Shown: positions 24,063 to 36,080, counted from the first letter of the stretch. The stretch is 64,000 bases of DNA from Candidatus Spongiisociaceae bacterium (GCA_965262915.1 OZ253564.1:2880001-2944000); one strand, 5' to 3'. Program-made: numbers and translations. The notes: generated by a model not told the origin, from the letters alone.

Positions 24063-25208
24063 TTAGGACTCTAGGACGGATACGTAGTGTCCCCAGGCCT
24101 CCATGAGTTGGCGACGGCGTTCCAGCAGATCGCTTCTTGCGTAGGCCTGCTCCGCCGCTGACCCAACCCGATGCGCCAGACACGCTTCGGCTACTTCGCG
24201 GGCAACACCGGTTTCGCCGCACCAGTCCCGGAACGGGACTCTCATCCCATGTAACGTCCCCTCGATACCCAGGCTGGTGAACAGCTTGGCGAGGACCCAA
24301 GAGGCGATCTCGTCACCCGACTTCGACGGGAACACAAGACCCGAACCGTTACTGTGTTGGCGGGCTTCGGCAAGCACGTCAACAGCCCGCCCCGACAACG
24401 GTACCCTGTGCTCGCGGCCTGCTTTCATCCGCTCTTGGGGGATCGTCCACGCCGCCGCATCAAAATCGATCTCCTCCCAGCGGATACCTCTTACTTCGCC
24501 CGATCGCGCCGCGGTGAGAATGGTGAACTCGGCCGCGAGGCGCACAGTCGCATGCGCCTTCGACTGCCGTAACCTGGCGACCGCTTCTGCGACGTCACGA
24601 TGCGGGAGAGCGCGTAGGTGTTTTCTGGCTCCGACCTGTTTCGGTAGAGCAACGGTGACCGCCTCTCCCGCCGGGTTGTCGGCCCGGTATCCCTGGGCGA
24701 TGGCCCATTTCATGACCGCTGCGATCCGCTGCCGTACCCGCTTAGCTGTTTCCGGGCGGCTGTTCCACATCGGAGACAGACAATCCATCACATCCCCAGA
24801 CGTCACCTCATCCACCCGTTTGGAACCGACCGCCGGCAGCACATAGGTAGCCAACGATGATCGCCACTGTCCCTCAGACTTGCCGCCCGGTTTCCACTTC
24901 CCCGCGTGCAGAGCGATCACTGCCTCAGCCGCGGTCGCGAACGTGGGAACACCCCCGGAACGCAGCGCTGTGGGGTCGCCGCCCTCCAGGGCGGTCTTGC
25001 GGTACTCGAACGCATGGGCGCGTGCTTCGGCCAATCCCACATACGGGTAGCCACCCAACCCGAGGTCGCATCGTTTGCGGTTGACGGTTCCTCGCCATAT
25101 CCACTGTTTGGATCCTGACGGCTGGACGCGAAGGATGAGGCCGTGCTGATCTCCGTACTTGCCCGGTTTGGTGACCGAACGCACCCACGCAGCTGTTCGT
25201 TTTGGCAA
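24063..25208 (-). CDS. int: P4-like tyrosine integrase of the tRNA-Asn island
   Basis: Arm-binding N-terminus GLILRV...LGLGGYP. Motifs ARSGE, MKAGREHRVPLS, HGMR and LAH...AY. Confidence 0.92.
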   Translation of the reverse strand: MPKRTAAWVRSVTKPGKYGDQHGLILRVQPSGSKQWIWRGTVNRKRCDLGLGGYPYVGLAEARAHAFEYRKTALEGGDPTALRSGGVPTFATAAEAVIALHAGKWKPGGKSEGQWRSSLATYVLPAVGSKRVDEVTSGDVMDCLSPMWNSRPETAKRVRQRIAAVMKWAIAQGYRADNPAGEAVTVALPKQVGARKHLRALPHRDVAEAVARLRQSKAHATVRLAAEFTILTAARSGEVRGIRWEEIDFDAAAWTIPQERMKAGREHRVPLSGRAVDVLAEARQHSNGSGLVFPSKSGDEIASWVLAKLFTSLGIEGTLHGMRVPFRDWCGETGVAREVAEACLAHRVGSAAEQAYARSDLLERRRQLMEAWGHYVSVLES

Positions 25209-25418
25209 TTCCCTCTCCTCCTGGCCTTCTGAGCGTCCCCTTTAGCGTCCCACACTAGAGTGAAACTGCCCGCAACAAGAGGGAAAGTCAAGCAACCGAT
25301 GCTGGCTTGCCAGGACCGGATTATCCGCCGGTGAAGACTAGACGGAATAGTCTCTTACCTGGGACTATGAGCAGTCATGAAACGGCTGGCAACCATCAGG
25401 AACCTGGTGGAGTGTGGG

Positions 25419-25492
25419 CTCCGGGGGTGGGACTTGAACCCACAACCAACGGATTAACAGTCCGCTGCTCTGCCGAATTGAGCTACCCCGGA
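25419..25492 (-). tRNA. tRNA-Asn(GTT)
   Basis: TCCGGGGTAGCTCAATTCGGCAGAGCAGCGGACT-GTT-AATCCGTTGGTTGTGGGTTCAAGTCCCACCCCCGGAG folds as a cloverleaf. Confidence 0.95.
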
Positions 25493-25565
25493 TCGTTGGG
25501 TCGGCCTGCCATGGTACCAGTACCGGGGGAAGGCGTGAACGATGCCGGCCGGGGCGGGGCGGGCC

Positions 25566-26701
<1,136 letters not shown>

Positions 26702-26703
26702 AC

Positions 26704-28461
26704 CTACTCCTCGCCCGTTCGGGCACTCCGCTCCGTCAAACGTATCAATTCCTGCCGCGCTTGGGAATACCCTTCCCAGTCCGAATCGGGGTCCAGAGAT
26801 TCCAGTTGGAGGCGGAGTTCGGCCTTGCGCCGGGTGGCGAACCGGGCCTCGAGGTGAGTCAGGACATCCGCGAGGGGGAGCAGGGGATCCTCCAGCAGCG
26901 CCAGCCGCCGCGCCATGGCCGCCAGCGGCGAGTCCTCGATACCGGAGAGGGGAATGGGCTTTCCGGGCTCGACATGGCGACCTACGGCCCGGAGCGCGGT
27001 GGCGAGGCGGTATGCGTCATCCGATTCGAACAGGTCGGGAGAAACCTCCTCCCGTGACGCCGTGCCTGCCATCAGATGGCGGAGGAGGTCCCGTTCGGAT
27101 CTGTCGAGGCGCCGAATCCGGGGCGCAGGCGTCGCGTAGGACCGGTTGTTGGACACAGCTCGGCCGGTGTCGGGAATCGCCCCCTCTATCTCTCTCAGAA
27201 CCCGGGCCTCGTTCATCCGTGTCCGCACCGCCACGTACGAGGAGTATTGGAAACGGATCGAGTCATCGGGGTGCCGGGCGATCACCCGGGCCGCTTCCTT
27301 CATGGCCTTCGTCCGGGCGTCGCGGTCCGAGAGGTCGTGCTGCGCCAGTACCCGCTCCACGCGGAAGGCGGTGATCGGCCTGGAGTCGTCGACAGCCTCC
27401 CTGAGCACGGTACCCCGGCCGTCCTGGACCAGGTCGGCCGGGTCGTGCCCCTCGGGCATCTCGGCCACTCTCAGGTCCAGGTCGAGGTCGGAGGTGATCC
27501 GCAGTTCGTCGCCCCGGATGGCCGCCCCGGCTCCGGCGGCATCGGCGTCGAAGGCGAGGACGATTCGAGGAGCGAAACGGCGCAGCAGGTCGAAGTGCCC
27601 TTCCCCCAGCGCCGTGCCGCAGGTGGCGACGGCCACCGGCATCCCGGCGATGTGGAAGGCTATGACATCGGTGTATCCCTCGACCACCACCGCGGTGCCC
27701 TCCCGGCTGATCGCTGAGCGGGCGCGGTCGAGCCCGTAGAGGAGTTCGCCCTTCTTGTAGAGGGGGGTCTCGGCGGTGTTGAGGTACTTGGGACCTTCAC
27801 CCTGCAGCAGCCGGCCTCCGAAGCCCACCATCTCGCCCCGCACGCTGTGGATCGGGAACATCAGGCGACCCCGCATCTGGTCGAACAGGCGTCGACCCCT
27901 CCCTCTCCGGCCCAGCCCGGCCGCCTCGATGTCGGTCTCCCGGAATCCCTCACCGCGGAGGTGGCTGGTCAAGGCATCGAAGTCGTCCGGCGCGTAGCCG
28001 AGCCGGAACTCGTCGACGACCTCCACTCCGTAGTCCCGGCTCCGTACGTAGGCGCGGGCATGGCCCGCGTCGGGAGCCTCCTTGAGCCGGGCGTGATAGA
28101 ACCGGCCCGCGGCCTCGACCGCCTCGACCAGCCGGCTCCGTCGCTCCCGCTTCCTGGCCGCCTGCGGATCGCGCCGCACCACGATCCCCGCCTGATCGGC
28201 CAGCATCTCCACGGCCTCGCCGAACGCCAGACCCTGGGTTTCCTGCACGAAGGTGAAGATGTCACCACCCACCCCGCACCCGAAGCAGTGGTAGAGGCCG
28301 CGCGCCGGGTCGATGGACATGGAAGCCGTCTTCTCGGTGTGGAAAGGACACAGCGCCTTGAAGGCGCCCCTGACCTTCCGGACCGTGGTCACCCCCTCGA
28401 ACAACTCGACCAGATTCACTGCCTGGCGGATCCGCTCCAGGTCATCTCGATCGGCAGCCAT
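26704..28461 (-). CDS. dnaG: DNA primase
   Basis: CPFH...HCFGC Zn finger, KYLNT, EGYTD and FDAD TOPRIM motifs. Confidence 0.97.
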   Translation of the reverse strand: MAADRDDLERIRQAVNLVELFEGVTTVRKVRGAFKALCPFHTEKTASMSIDPARGLYHCFGCGVGGDIFTFVQETQGLAFGEAVEMLADQAGIVVRRDPQAARKRERRSRLVEAVEAAGRFYHARLKEAPDAGHARAYVRSRDYGVEVVDEFRLGYAPDDFDALTSHLRGEGFRETDIEAAGLGRRGRGRRLFDQMRGRLMFPIHSVRGEMVGFGGRLLQGEGPKYLNTAETPLYKKGELLYGLDRARSAISREGTAVVVEGYTDVIAFHIAGMPVAVATCGTALGEGHFDLLRRFAPRIVLAFDADAAGAGAAIRGDELRITSDLDLDLRVAEMPEGHDPADLVQDGRGTVLREAVDDSRPITAFRVERVLAQHDLSDRDARTKAMKEAARVIARHPDDSIRFQYSSYVAVRTRMNEARVLREIEGAIPDTGRAVSNNRSYATPAPRIRRLDRSERDLLRHLMAGTASREEVSPDLFESDDAYRLATALRAVGRHVEPGKPIPLSGIEDSPLAAMARRLALLEDPLLPLADVLTHLEARFATRRKAELRLQLESLDPDSDWEGYSQARQELIRLTERSARTGEE

Positions 28462-28518
28462 ACCCCCGCGAGTGTACGCGTGGCCGCTGCCCTGTGCTCG
28501 ATGGTCGGTGGTCGGTGG

Positions 28519-29364
28519 TCAGCCGTCGGTGGCGACCGCCACCAGATCGATTACGAGCAACACCTCGTCGCCCACGTTGCTGACGCTCGGTACGTCGGGT
28601 ATGACCAAGCCGAAGTCGGACCGGAGCACCGTTGCCGAACCTTCCACCTCTATGCGGTCGGCGGTCACCACGATGGCCTCCATCTCGAAGTTCACCGGTC
28701 GGGTCACCCCGCTGAGGGTGAAGTCGCCGCTGACCGACAGCGCCACCCGGTCCCCCACTGCCACTCGGTCGGGAAGGCCCTCGATACCGGTGGGTTCGAA
28801 GGTGGCGAATTCGTTCTCGTCGCGGGCGGAACCCAGGATGGGTCCCCGCATGGCCCGATCCCGGAAGTTCGAATCCGTCTCCAGGGTGCGTACGTTGATC
28901 ACGACGGTGCCCAGCCGGGAGGTAGCCGGATCACCGAAGTCGATCAGTACCTCGCCCGCCACCTCGTTGGTGGTGCCCACCACCCGCTTGGGACTCCCGC
29001 TGAGGATCTCGTCGATCTCGAAGCTGACCGACGACTCGGCCACCACGATCCGGTACACCACGGCCGTCGGCTGCTCGCCGGGATCCTCCCCCACGGTGGT
29101 TCCCGATGTGGGGGATGAAGAGGTTGCGGTCGTGGTCGGCGTGGTGGTGGTGGGATCCTCGGGGACGGTTTCCGGTGGAGCCTCCTGCTGCTCCTGTTCC
29201 CTCTGCCCCTCCTCCACCTCGGGCTCGGGCTGCGATGTGACCGGCGGTGCGGTGACCTCGGTGCTCGGCTCTCCGCTTCCCCCCGAGAACCACACGTAGG
29301 CGAACCCGGCCGCGACCACTACCAGAACCAGCCCTATCACGATCCCGAGTTTGTTGACCATCAC
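28519..29364 (-). CDS. YceI-family protein with N-terminal TM helix and Thr/Pro linker
   Basis: RDRAMR, GDFTLSGVTRPV and RSDFGL. Confidence 0.85.
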   Translation of the reverse strand: MMVNKLGIVIGLVLVVVAAGFAYVWFSGGSGEPSTEVTAPPVTSQPEPEVEEGQREQEQQEAPPETVPEDPTTTTPTTTATSSSPTSGTTVGEDPGEQPTAVVYRIVVAESSVSFEIDEILSGSPKRVVGTTNEVAGEVLIDFGDPATSRLGTVVINVRTLETDSNFRDRAMRGPILGSARDENEFATFEPTGIEGLPDRVAVGDRVALSVSGDFTLSGVTRPVNFEMEAIVVTADRIEVEGSATVLRSDFGLVIPDVPSVSNVGDEVLLVIDLVAVATDG

Positions 29365-30698
29365 CCACCTCTGCTCGCGGTGCCGGTCAGCCGGTCGGTG
29401 AGGTATCCCACCAAGGCATCGATCCCGACCCGGTCCTGGTCCATCGTATCCCGGTCGCGGACCGTAACCGCTCCGTCGTCGAGGGTTTCGAAGTCGACGG
29501 TGACGCAGTAGGGCGTTCCGATCTCGTCCTGGCGCCGGTACCGCCTCCCGATCGCCTGGGTTATGTCGACCTCGATGTCCCAGCAGGGCCGGAGCAGGGA
29601 CGCCACCCGCCCGGTCACCTCGACCAGGTCGGCCTTCTTGGAGAGCGGGAGCACCGCCACCTTGATGGGAGCCAGCCGAGCATCGAGACGTAGCACGGTA
29701 CGGGTGGCGCCCCTAACGATCTCCTCCCCGAAGGCGTCGATCAGGAAGGCGAAGGCGGCTCGCGTCGCGCCGGCGGCCGGCTCGATGACATAGGGGAAGA
29801 AACGCCTTCCTGCAGCCTGATCGAAGTAGCGCAGGTCCTTGCCCGAGTGCTCCGCATGGCTCCGCAGGTCGAAATCGGTGCGGTTGGCGATGCCTTCCAA
29901 CTCGTCCCATCCCCACGGGAACCGGTACTCGACGTCGTAGGTACCCACCGCGTAGTGTGCCAGCTCATCCCCTTCATGGGCTCGCAACCGGAGGTTGGCG
30001 GCCTGTATGCCCAGATCCAGGTACCAGGCCTCCCGCTCTCCGACCCAGTAGTCGAACCACCGGTCCGCGTCGTCGGGGTGGGTGAAGAACTCCATCTCCA
30101 TCTGCTCGAACTCGCGGGTGCGGAATACGAACTGGCCGGGTGTGATCTCGTTGCGGAAGGACTTGCCTAGCTGTGCTATGCCGAAAGGGAGCTTGCGGCG
30201 CATGACCCGCCGTACGTTCTCGAAGTTGGTGAAGATTCCCTGGGCGGTCTCCGGTCGCAGGTAGACGAGGGTGCCTTCGCCGGCCACGGGACCCATGTGG
30301 GTCCTGAACATCAGGTTGAAGTCACGGGCCTCGGTGAACGAATCTCGCCTCCCGCAGGTCGGGCAGCGCCCGGTGTCGTCCAACTTGTCGAGCCGGTGGC
30401 GCGTGTGGCAGGAAGTGCACTCCACCAGCGGATCATGGAACTGGGAGACATGACCCGACGCCTCCCACACCATGGGCGACTGGATAACGGCCGAGTCGAG
30501 CCCCACCACATCGTCTCTCAACTGCACCATCGACCGCCACCATGCTTCCTTGACGTTACGCAGCAGGGCGACCCCCAAAGGGCCGTAGTCGTAGGCGGAA
30601 CGGAGTCCGCCATAGATTTCGGATGCCTGGAACACGAAGCCGCGCTTCTTGGCCAGGTTCACGATCCGCTCGAAGCTAGGTTGCGCCATCCGTCCCAT
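29361..30698 (-). CDS. glyQS: Glycine--tRNA ligase (alpha2 type)
   Basis: YLRPETAQG, GKSFRNEI, FRTREFEQME and IGRRYRRQDEIGTP. Confidence 0.96.
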   Translation of the reverse strand: MGRMAQPSFERIVNLAKKRGFVFQASEIYGGLRSAYDYGPLGVALLRNVKEAWWRSMVQLRDDVVGLDSAVIQSPMVWEASGHVSQFHDPLVECTSCHTRHRLDKLDDTGRCPTCGRRDSFTEARDFNLMFRTHMGPVAGEGTLVYLRPETAQGIFTNFENVRRVMRRKLPFGIAQLGKSFRNEITPGQFVFRTREFEQMEMEFFTHPDDADRWFDYWVGEREAWYLDLGIQAANLRLRAHEGDELAHYAVGTYDVEYRFPWGWDELEGIANRTDFDLRSHAEHSGKDLRYFDQAAGRRFFPYVIEPAAGATRAAFAFLIDAFGEEIVRGATRTVLRLDARLAPIKVAVLPLSKKADLVEVTGRVASLLRPCWDIEVDITQAIGRRYRRQDEIGTPYCVTVDFETLDDGAVTVRDRDTMDQDRVGIDALVGYLTDRLTGTASRGG

Positions 30699-30735
30699 CC
30701 GTCAGTCGAGGCGGGAGGATGGTAACCGAACCCGT

Positions 30736-31551
30736 TCACTCACCGCCGGACCCTCCGGCAGTGCCGGGGCGCACGCCACCGAACCGCCGCTTCCGCATCT
30801 GGAACTCGACGACCGCGTCCACCAGGTGCTGGGGCCCGAAATCCGGCCAGAGAGTGTCGGTGAATACCAGCTCGGCGTAGGCGCTGCCCCACAGCAGGAA
30901 GTTCGAGATCCGCATCTCGCCGGAGGTGCGCACGATCACGTCGGGGTCGGGCATTCCGGGCACGAGCAGGTGCTCCGCGATGTCGCGCTGGGTGATCGAA
31001 CCGGGATCCCGGTCACCGGAGGCCACCTGGCTCGCCAGCCTGCGCACGGCGTGGACGATCTCGGCCCGCCCCCCGTAGTTGAAGGCCAGGACCAGGTCGA
31101 GGCGGGTGTTGTCCCGGGTCCGGTCAACCGCGTTCCTCATGTGAGTGCGGTTCCGCTCCGGGATGCGAGGATCGGCCAGGTCACCGGCGAAGTGGAGCCT
31201 CGTCCCCATACGGTCCAGCGAGTCCAGCCGGCGCAGAAGGATGTCCTCGTTGAACCACATGAGGAACGCCACCTCTTCGGGATGGCGGGCCCAGTTCTCG
31301 GTGGAGAAGGTGTAGGCGGACAGCCACCTCAACCCGACCGCCAGCGCGCCCTCCACACAGTCGAACAGCACCGCCTCCCCCGCGGCGTGTCCGGCGGTTC
31401 TGGGCAGGTTACGCGCCGCCGCCCAGCGTCCGTTCCCGTCCATGATGAGGCCCAGGTGGACGGGAACCCGTTCCGGGTCGACAAGCCCGAGATCCAGGCG
31501 GGACGCGGCTCCGCCGGCTGCGATCAGGTTGCCTCCTGCCGACCTATCCAC
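30736..31551 (-). CDS. uppS: Polyprenyl diphosphate synthase
   Basis: IMDGNGRWA, FSTENW and RTSGEMRISNFLLW. Confidence 0.95.
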   Translation of the reverse strand: MDRSAGGNLIAAGGAASRLDLGLVDPERVPVHLGLIMDGNGRWAAARNLPRTAGHAAGEAVLFDCVEGALAVGLRWLSAYTFSTENWARHPEEVAFLMWFNEDILLRRLDSLDRMGTRLHFAGDLADPRIPERNRTHMRNAVDRTRDNTRLDLVLAFNYGGRAEIVHAVRRLASQVASGDRDPGSITQRDIAEHLLVPGMPDPDVIVRTSGEMRISNFLLWGSAYAELVFTDTLWPDFGPQHLVDAVVEFQMRKRRFGGVRPGTAGGSGGE

Positions 31552-32275
31552 TGTTGATCGCGCCGTAGGCGAGCGCGGCCAGCCCGGATTCGATATGGAA
31601 CTCCACGAACCGTCTCGTCAGCCCGGCGGCATCGCCGGCGAGTTTCCCGTCCGGCCCGGTGAACCCGGACAACTCGGCGGTAGACAACCGGGCCAGATGT
31701 TCGGTGAGCCCTTCCCTGAGGCGGACGGCGTTGCCGGCATCGCACCTGCTACAGACCAGGCCCCCGCCGGCCAGGCTGAACCTACCGAGGTCGTCCCGCC
31801 GACCACAGGCGGCGCAGTACCGCAGAGCCGGGCCTAGACCGAGCGCGTCCATGAGCTTGAGGAGGAACGATGCCACCAGATCCATCCCGCCCGCCCCGTG
31901 CTCGAGGGCATGGAGCCCACGTTGGAGGAGCAGGAAGAGTCGGTGGGACGGTTCGCCCTCGACCACCACCTTGTCGATCGCCTCCGCCATGGTTCCGGCC
32001 ACCAACACCGCGTCGAGGTCCAGGCGGAGGCGTGGGAAGGCTTCGATCACCGAGACCTGCGTGACGGTGGCCAGATTGCGTCCCTGGTAGAGAACCAGGT
32101 CCACGTGGGTCAGGGGCTCCAAGCGGCCGCCGAACCTGCTCTTGGTCCTTCTTATGCCCTTGGCCACCACCCGGACCTTGCCGTGATTGGGGCTGACGAG
32201 CACCACGATGCGGTCGGCCTCCCCGAACGGATACCCACGGAGGACGATTCCCTGATCACGGCGGAGTGTCATCAT
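31544..32275 (-). CDS. recO: DNA repair protein RecO
   Basis: GEADRIV...AKGIRRTKSRFGGRLEP plus a C4 Zn site. Typical position next to era. Confidence 0.95.
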   Translation of the reverse strand: MMTLRRDQGIVLRGYPFGEADRIVVLVSPNHGKVRVVAKGIRRTKSRFGGRLEPLTHVDLVLYQGRNLATVTQVSVIEAFPRLRLDLDAVLVAGTMAEAIDKVVVEGEPSHRLFLLLQRGLHALEHGAGGMDLVASFLLKLMDALGLGPALRYCAACGRRDDLGRFSLAGGGLVCSRCDAGNAVRLREGLTEHLARLSTAELSGFTGPDGKLAGDAAGLTRRFVEFHIESGLAALAYGAINSG

Positions 32276-32353
32276 CGCTCAAGGTCTAGGCCGGTACATG
32301 TCTAGTTGGCAGGGTACCCCGTAGGGCCCGGATCGAGGGGTAGGCTGGAGGGG

Positions 32354-32641
32354 ATGGTGCTACTCGATCAATCTGCCCGCCGGGAGTTCCTGGCTTCTCA
32401 TCCCGGTTGGGACCTCTCAGCGGAAACGATCACCAGGACCTTCAGGTTCCGGGATTTCGCGGGCGCGATCGGTTTCGTGGCCTCGGTGGGCGTGCTGGCC
32501 GAGAAAGCCTTCCACCATCCTGACATCGACATCCGCTACAGCCGGGTCAAGGTGTCTTTGACCACCCACGACCGGGGAGGCCTCACCCACAAGGACACGT
32601 CCCTGGCAGCCCGTATCGACCGTCTGACAGCGGGTGCCTGA
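32354..32641 (+). CDS. phhB: Pterin-4-alpha-carbinolamine dehydratase
   Basis: AE...HHPDI...LTTHDRGGLT.KD. Confidence 0.9.
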   Translation: MVLLDQSARREFLASHPGWDLSAETITRTFRFRDFAGAIGFVASVGVLAEKAFHHPDIDIRYSRVKVSLTTHDRGGLTHKDTSLAARIDRLTAGA

Positions 32642-33003
32642 GCGGCCCCGACGTAGAACCGTCAGCCTCATTGGGCGCTCCGTCGCCTAGCCTCCCCAAA
32701 AGGGTCGCGAAGGTGAGGCGACGGACATGTACACGTCCGTCTGGGGTACGTGTGACGCCGTTGAGCGCCGCCCGGATACGACTCAGCGTGGACCGTGTAG
32801 GCGGACACGGATATGGACCAATGACCCCTCAGCAGGGCTCGACAGCCTTTGTGCACAGTCCCCGGTCGCCACTGACAACTGACCACTGGAAACGCCACTG
32901 ACTACTGGCCCGGGATCAGGGTCCTAGCAGTCCTGCCGGGACGACGGCGATCCCCAGGGATCGCGGCAGGCCTCTGTACCGGTGGTGACCACCACCGCGT
33001 CGA

Positions 33004-33320
33004 TCAGGGCTTGGACAAGCCGGTGAGGATGAATCGGCCGGGGCTGAAGTCCTCGTCGACGGCCCGACGTACGATGTCCCATGACGCCGGGTACCGCTGC
33101 CACTCATCGATGAGTATGGTCGCCTTGCCCCGGATCAGCAGGTGCGGGTTGGCTCGTACCTCGTCGAGGGTCTCAGGGTCATCCAACGCAAACACCGTGT
33201 TGGCGAGCCGATGGGCTGTCCGCGTCTTGCCGACAGCTCGAGGCCCCTCGATGCTTACCGCGGGAAGCGCGTCCAACAGATCGCTCAGTTCTGTGTCCAC
33301 TACCCGAGGCCGGTACTCAA
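33004..33320 (-). pseudogene. Truncated AAA ATPase (AAA_14/DUF4143 type), N-terminus only
   Basis: YRPRVVD...GPRAVGKT...ILIDEWQ...GRFILTG, then a stop. Confidence 0.75.
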
Positions 33321-33323
33321 AGA

Positions 33324-33379
33324 CCTGGCTTAGTCCGTAAAGGCCTGGTTCAGTCCGTAAAGGCCTGGTTTGGTCTGTA
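33324..33379. repeat. ~2.8 tandem copies of a 20-bp unit
   Basis: CCTGGCTTAGTCCGTAAAGG / CCTGGTTCAGTCCGTAAAGG / CCTGGTTTGGTCTGTA. Confidence 0.8.
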
Positions 33380-33493
33380 CATATTCGTCTACCTCGTATA
33401 TAAACTACTGTTGCTCATACAAGCTACTTTTCCACGAGTATTAGAAGTGCCGGGGACAGTTTTGGACCGCCGGCGACCAGCGACCAGCCGCCG

Positions 33494-34384
33494 CTACAGT
33501 CCGAGTCGTCGGATCCGATCGGGGTATCGCTGCCAGTCTTTCTCGACCTTCACCCTCAGGTGGAGAAACACCCGACGGGAGAAGGTTTCCTCCAGTTCCC
33601 GCCGGGCCTCGGTTCCGGCCTGGCGGAGCAGCGATCCGCCCGCACCTATGACGATTCCCTTCTGGGATTCACGCTCCACGTATACGGTTGCTTCGATCCA
33701 CATGAGGCCGTCCCGCCGGATTTCGATGTCGTCGGTCTTGACGGCCACCGAGTGGGGAAGCTCCTCGCGCAGCAGGTCCAGCAACTTCTCCCGCACCGTC
33801 TCGGCTACCAGTACCTCGTCCGGCTGATCGGTGGTCGTACCCGGCGGGTAGTGGGCCGGCCCTTCGGGCAGCCGGGGGACCAGTTCCCCGATGACTCGAT
33901 CCAGGCCGTCACCTGTCAGCGCCGAGACGGGTACGTAGGCGCCGAAATCCCAGTGCGCCGCCTCGCCGAGACGCTCCGCCACCCGCCCCTTGCGGACCAG
34001 ATCGACCTTGTTGACGATCGCGATCACCATCTCCGGTGTGCCGGCACGAAGGAGACGTTCGGCGATCCGGCGGTCGCCGGGGCCCACCCTGCCCGTAGCG
34101 TCGAGCACGAACAGGATGCAATCCGCCTCGGCCAGGGTCCGGTAGACGACCGAGTTGAGCCGCTTCCCCAGCTCAGTGCGGGGGCGGTGGAGCCCGGGGG
34201 TGTCGAGCAGCACGATCTGGGCGCCGGAGTGGGGGTCTCCGACGGTGAGGACACCTCTGGTGGGCATCCGGGTGGTCTGGGGCCGCCGGGAGGTGATCGA
34301 GACCTTGCGGCCTACCAGCCCGTTGATGAGGGTCGACTTGCCGACATTGGGACGCCCGACGACGGCCACGAACCCCACCCTCAT
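33494..34384 (-). CDS. era: GTPase Era
   Basis: GRPNVGKS, DTPG, NKVD and KH-domain VIGAGG. Confidence 0.97.
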   Translation of the reverse strand: MRVGFVAVVGRPNVGKSTLINGLVGRKVSITSRRPQTTRMPTRGVLTVGDPHSGAQIVLLDTPGLHRPRTELGKRLNSVVYRTLAEADCILFVLDATGRVGPGDRRIAERLLRAGTPEMVIAIVNKVDLVRKGRVAERLGEAAHWDFGAYVPVSALTGDGLDRVIGELVPRLPEGPAHYPPGTTTDQPDEVLVAETVREKLLDLLREELPHSVAVKTDDIEIRRDGLMWIEATVYVERESQKGIVIGAGGSLLRQAGTEARRELEETFSRRVFLHLRVKVEKDWQRYPDRIRRLGL

Positions 34385-34394
34385 CGGTGGAGTC

Positions 34395-35591
34395 TCATCG
34401 ATGGGACATCTCCGGCCGGTTCACCCGGACCCGCTCGACCCGGCGCCCCTGGACCCGTTCGGGGACGAGCACCGCTCCATCGAACTCGAACCGCTCCCCC
34501 ACCAGCGGGACCCGTCCCGCCAACCCGAGCACCAGACCCCCGACCGTGTCCCATTCGGCGTCCGGGAAGCGGATGTCGAGCAGGCTGTTGAGATCGTCGA
34601 CCGGAAGGCGGGCGTCCACCAGGAAGCCGCCGTCTTCGAGGGGCTGCACCATCCGGGGCTCGGTGTCGTACTCGTCCACGATCTCTCCCACCAATTCCTC
34701 GAGTAGGTCCTCGATGGTGACCAGCCCGGCGGTTCCGCCGAACTCGTCGATGGCGATGGCCATGTGCACCTGGAAGGATTGCATCTCCCTGAGGAGGTCC
34801 TTCACCCGTTTGGTCTCGGGGACGAAGTAGGGCGGGCGGCTGATCTCGGTGACCGGTGTGGCCGCAGGGGGAACCCCCAGGAGGCGCAGTAGATCCTTGG
34901 CGTACACGAGGCCCACGATGTCGTCCGCTCCCTGCCCGGTCACCGGTACCCGCGAGAACCCGTGTTCCAGTATCAGTTCCAGGGCTTCGTTGGTCGTGAG
35001 GTGGGCACTGAGGGCCACCATGTCGGTGCGCGGGACCATCACCTCCCGCACGATGGCGTCGGAGAACTCCAGGACGGAGGAGATCATCCTGATCTCCTCC
35101 CGGTCGGACGGGTCGTGGTCGCCGTCGGCCTCGCTGCCGGCGTCGTCCTCGTCCTCCTCGTCGTTGATCACGTCTACCGCCCGATCTCCGACCGAGATCG
35201 CTACCCGCAGGAGGTGGGCGAAGCGGTAGGCCATGCGGCGAGGCCGCCCGCGGCCCACAGAACGGGGAAACAGCTCCCCGACCAGCACCAGGACCACCCC
35301 GGTGAGGACCAGGGCTCCGGCCAACCACCAACCCCTGACGACGGTGCCCATCACCCAGGCCGTGGGGAGGGCGGCAGCCACCAGCAATGCCGAGTGCACC
35401 AGCGATATGGAAGGCTGGATACGCGAGCGGTCTTCGAGCAGCCCGGCCACGACCACTGCCCCGGGCATACCGTCCGCCGCGTCGTGGATGGCGTCGGCTC
35501 TGGGAGTCCGGACCAGGGAAGCCCCGGCGGCCCGCAGGGCGGCTGCCAGGATCAGTACAGCCGCGGAGATTCCCCATGCGAAGCCGCTCAC
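34395..35591 (-). CDS. Hemolysin-family CNNM/CBS/CorC protein
   Basis: TM helices, VREVMVPRTDM, DEFGGTAGLVTIEDLLEELVGEI and a CorC-like C-terminus. Confidence 0.9.
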   Translation of the reverse strand: MSGFAWGISAAVLILAAALRAAGASLVRTPRADAIHDAADGMPGAVVVAGLLEDRSRIQPSISLVHSALLVAAALPTAWVMGTVVRGWWLAGALVLTGVVLVLVGELFPRSVGRGRPRRMAYRFAHLLRVAISVGDRAVDVINDEEDEDDAGSEADGDHDPSDREEIRMISSVLEFSDAIVREVMVPRTDMVALSAHLTTNEALELILEHGFSRVPVTGQGADDIVGLVYAKDLLRLLGVPPAATPVTEISRPPYFVPETKRVKDLLREMQSFQVHMAIAIDEFGGTAGLVTIEDLLEELVGEIVDEYDTEPRMVQPLEDGGFLVDARLPVDDLNSLLDIRFPDAEWDTVGGLVLGLAGRVPLVGERFEFDGAVLVPERVQGRRVERVRVNRPEMSHR

Positions 35592-36058
35592 CGGCGTTTC
35601 ACCCCCACGCTAGCCAGCAGGGCGCGCTCGCGGTCCTCCATCAGAGCCGCCTCGGCGTCCGTCTCGTGGTCGTACCCGATAAGATGCAGCAGGCCGTGGG
35701 CCACGATCAGGGACATCTCTTCGGTGGGATCGGCGCCGTGCTCCGCGGCCTGGCGGTGGACGACCGCGGGCGCGACGATCACGTCACCGAGACCGTAGGG
35801 AACGCCGTCGGCGGCCTCCCCCACCGCGGCCCGGCGATGATCACCCGGCGGGACCAGCGGCAGGGCCAGGACGTCGGTGGGTCCTTCCCGGTCGAGGAAC
35901 CGCTGGTTGTGCACGGCCATCGCCTCGTCGGTCACGAACATGATGCCGACTTCGGTCTCCGGTGGGAGTTGCTCCTCTTCCAGCACGACGCGGGCCAGCC
36001 GCCGGAGCGGCTGCAACGGTAAGGGAACGTCTTGGTCGTCTGTGACGTAGATGTCCAC
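35588..36058 (-). CDS. ybeY: rRNA maturation RNase YbeY
   Basis: PTDVL and HGLLHLIGYDH. GTG start chosen downstream of the dispersed repeat. Confidence 0.93.
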   Translation of the reverse strand: MDIYVTDDQDVPLPLQPLRRLARVVLEEEQLPPETEVGIMFVTDEAMAVHNQRFLDREGPTDVLALPLVPPGDHRRAAVGEAADGVPYGLGDVIVAPAVVHRQAAEHGADPTEEMSLIVAHGLLHLIGYDHETDAEAALMEDRERALLASVGVKRR

Positions 36059-36080
36059 GGCCTTGTCCAACCCTACTCTA

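Noticed and set aside
33324-33379. Possible CRISPR array
   Set aside because: The 20-bp units are directly tandem with no unique spacers, and no cas genes are in the window.
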